A DNA stretch of 63,876 nucleotides, the filler included, from Octopus bimaculoides (Eukaryota), in the NCBI RefSeq assembly GCF_001194135.2. It is 8 parts of 7 records of this genome, joined end to end, with 100 filler letters (N's around TTAATTAATTAA, not from the genome) between each part and the next. Parts side by side here need not be neighbours in the genome. Positions count along the whole stretch, not along the records: positions 62,810 to 63,876 come from NW_026306872.1; 7 more parts are not named here. One strand, 5' to 3'. Shown here in pieces: positions 62,811 to 63,876 of this stretch. The position numbers and the translations under genes are program-made. Below the pieces are notes generated by a model. That model saw only the letters and a program-made list of their open reading frames with translations, ran no database searches and was not told where the DNA came from. Positions within the stretch are counted from its first letter, which is position 1, and the number at the start of each line of letters is the position of its first letter.

Positions 62811-63876
62811 CACAAGAACGTGCCTGGGGACTGAATAACGTGCCTGGAACCGCAAGAACATGCCTACGGTCACAAGAACGTGCCGGGAACCGCAAGAACG
62901 TTCCTACGGTCACAAGAACGTGCCTGGGGACGGAATAACGTGCCTGGTACATCAAGAACGTGCCTACGGTCACAATAACGTGCCTGGGGACGGAACAACG
63001 TGCCTGGATCCGTAAGAACGTGCCTGGAACCGTAAGAACGTGCGTACGGTCACAAGAACGTGCCGGGGGACGGAATAACGAGCCTGGAACCGCAAGAACG
63101 TTCCTACGGTCACAAGAACGTGCCTGGGGACGGAATAACCTGCCTGGAACTGCAAGAACGTGCCTACGGTCACAACAACGTGCCTGGGGACGGGAAAACG
63201 TGCCTGGAACCGCAAGAACGTGCCTACGGTCACAAGAAAGTGCCTGGGGACGGAATAACGTGCCTGGAACCGGAAGAACGTGCATACGGTCACAAGAACG
63301 TGCCTGGGGACGGAATAACGTGCCTGGAACCGCAAGAACGTGCCTACGGTCACAAGAACGTGCCTGGAACCGCAAGAACGTTCCTACGGTCACAAGAACG
63401 TGCCTGGGGAAGGAATAACGTGCCTGGAGCTGCAAGAACATGCCTACGGTCACCAGAACGCGCCTGGAACCGCAAGAACGTTCCTACGGTCACAAGAACG
63501 TGCCTGGGGATGGAATAACTTCCCTGGAACTTCAAGAACGTGCCTACGGTCACAAGAACGTGCCTGGGGACGCAATAACGTGCCTAGAACCGCAAGAACG
63601 TGCCTACGGTCACAAGAACGTGCCTCGGGACCCAATAAGGTGCCTGAAACAGCAAGAACGTGCCTACGGTCACAAGAACGTACCTGGGGACGGAAAAACT
63701 TGCCTGGAACCGCAAGAACGTGCCTGGGAACGGAATAACGTGCCTGGGACCGAATGAACGTGCCTACGGTAACAAGATGGTGCCTGGAACCGCAAGAACG
63801 TTCCTACGGTCACAAGAACGTCCCTCGGGACGGAATAACGTGCCTGGAACTGCAAGAACGTGCCTACGGTCACAAG
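62811..63876. repeat. GC-rich tandem satellite, 20-bp monomers organised as a 60-bp (A-B-C) higher-order repeat
   Basis: A=CACAAGAACGTGCCTGGGGA, B=CGGAATAACGTGCCTGGAAC, C=CGCAAGAACGTGCCTACGGT. 53 monomers; runs off the window end. Confidence 0.97.

Noticed and set aside
62758-63873. Repetitive 20-aa-period ORFs on both strands of the satellite, and a CRISPR-like appearance
   Set aside because: 40- and 80-bp register jumps break any frame and several frames are open at once. There are no unique spacers or cas genes, and the context is eukaryotic.

Overview
AT-rich, heavily gapped eukaryotic genomic DNA with extreme microsatellite density ((TA)n, (CA)n, (TATG)n, (GATA)n, trinucleotide tracts). 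The repeat complement (tRNA-derived SINEs, some with a CORE-like domain, plus RTE, CR1/L2-type and R4/Dong-type LINE relics) looks like an octopod/cephalopod genome; this is inference, not a database result. No intact protein-coding gene, tRNA, rRNA or CRISPR array can be supported, and nearly all listed ORFs are microsatellite or N-run artefacts. Seven 100-bp linkers (44 N + TTAATTAATTAA + 44 N) show that the window is stitched from eight separate pieces. Recognisable content: many SINE copies; decayed RT/endonuclease fragments (CR1/L2-type 6.0-6.9 kb, RTE 19.7 and 27.6-28.3 kb, R4/Dong-type 31.5-32.5 and 47.2-48.8 kb, Penelope GIY-YIG 36.8 kb); mariner ends; a hAT-type MITE; a Helentron-like element; a hAT transposase pseudogene fragment; and a GC-rich 20/60-bp higher-order satellite at the right end. 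The best leads are: a probable decayed Toll-like/LRR receptor locus with a local duplication showing codon-like divergence (15.4-18.7 kb); a decayed hammerhead-like motif next to the Penelope endonuclease; a ~98-nt near-perfect hairpin at 29.3 kb; and an indel-free satellite. None amounts to a demonstrated new biological system.
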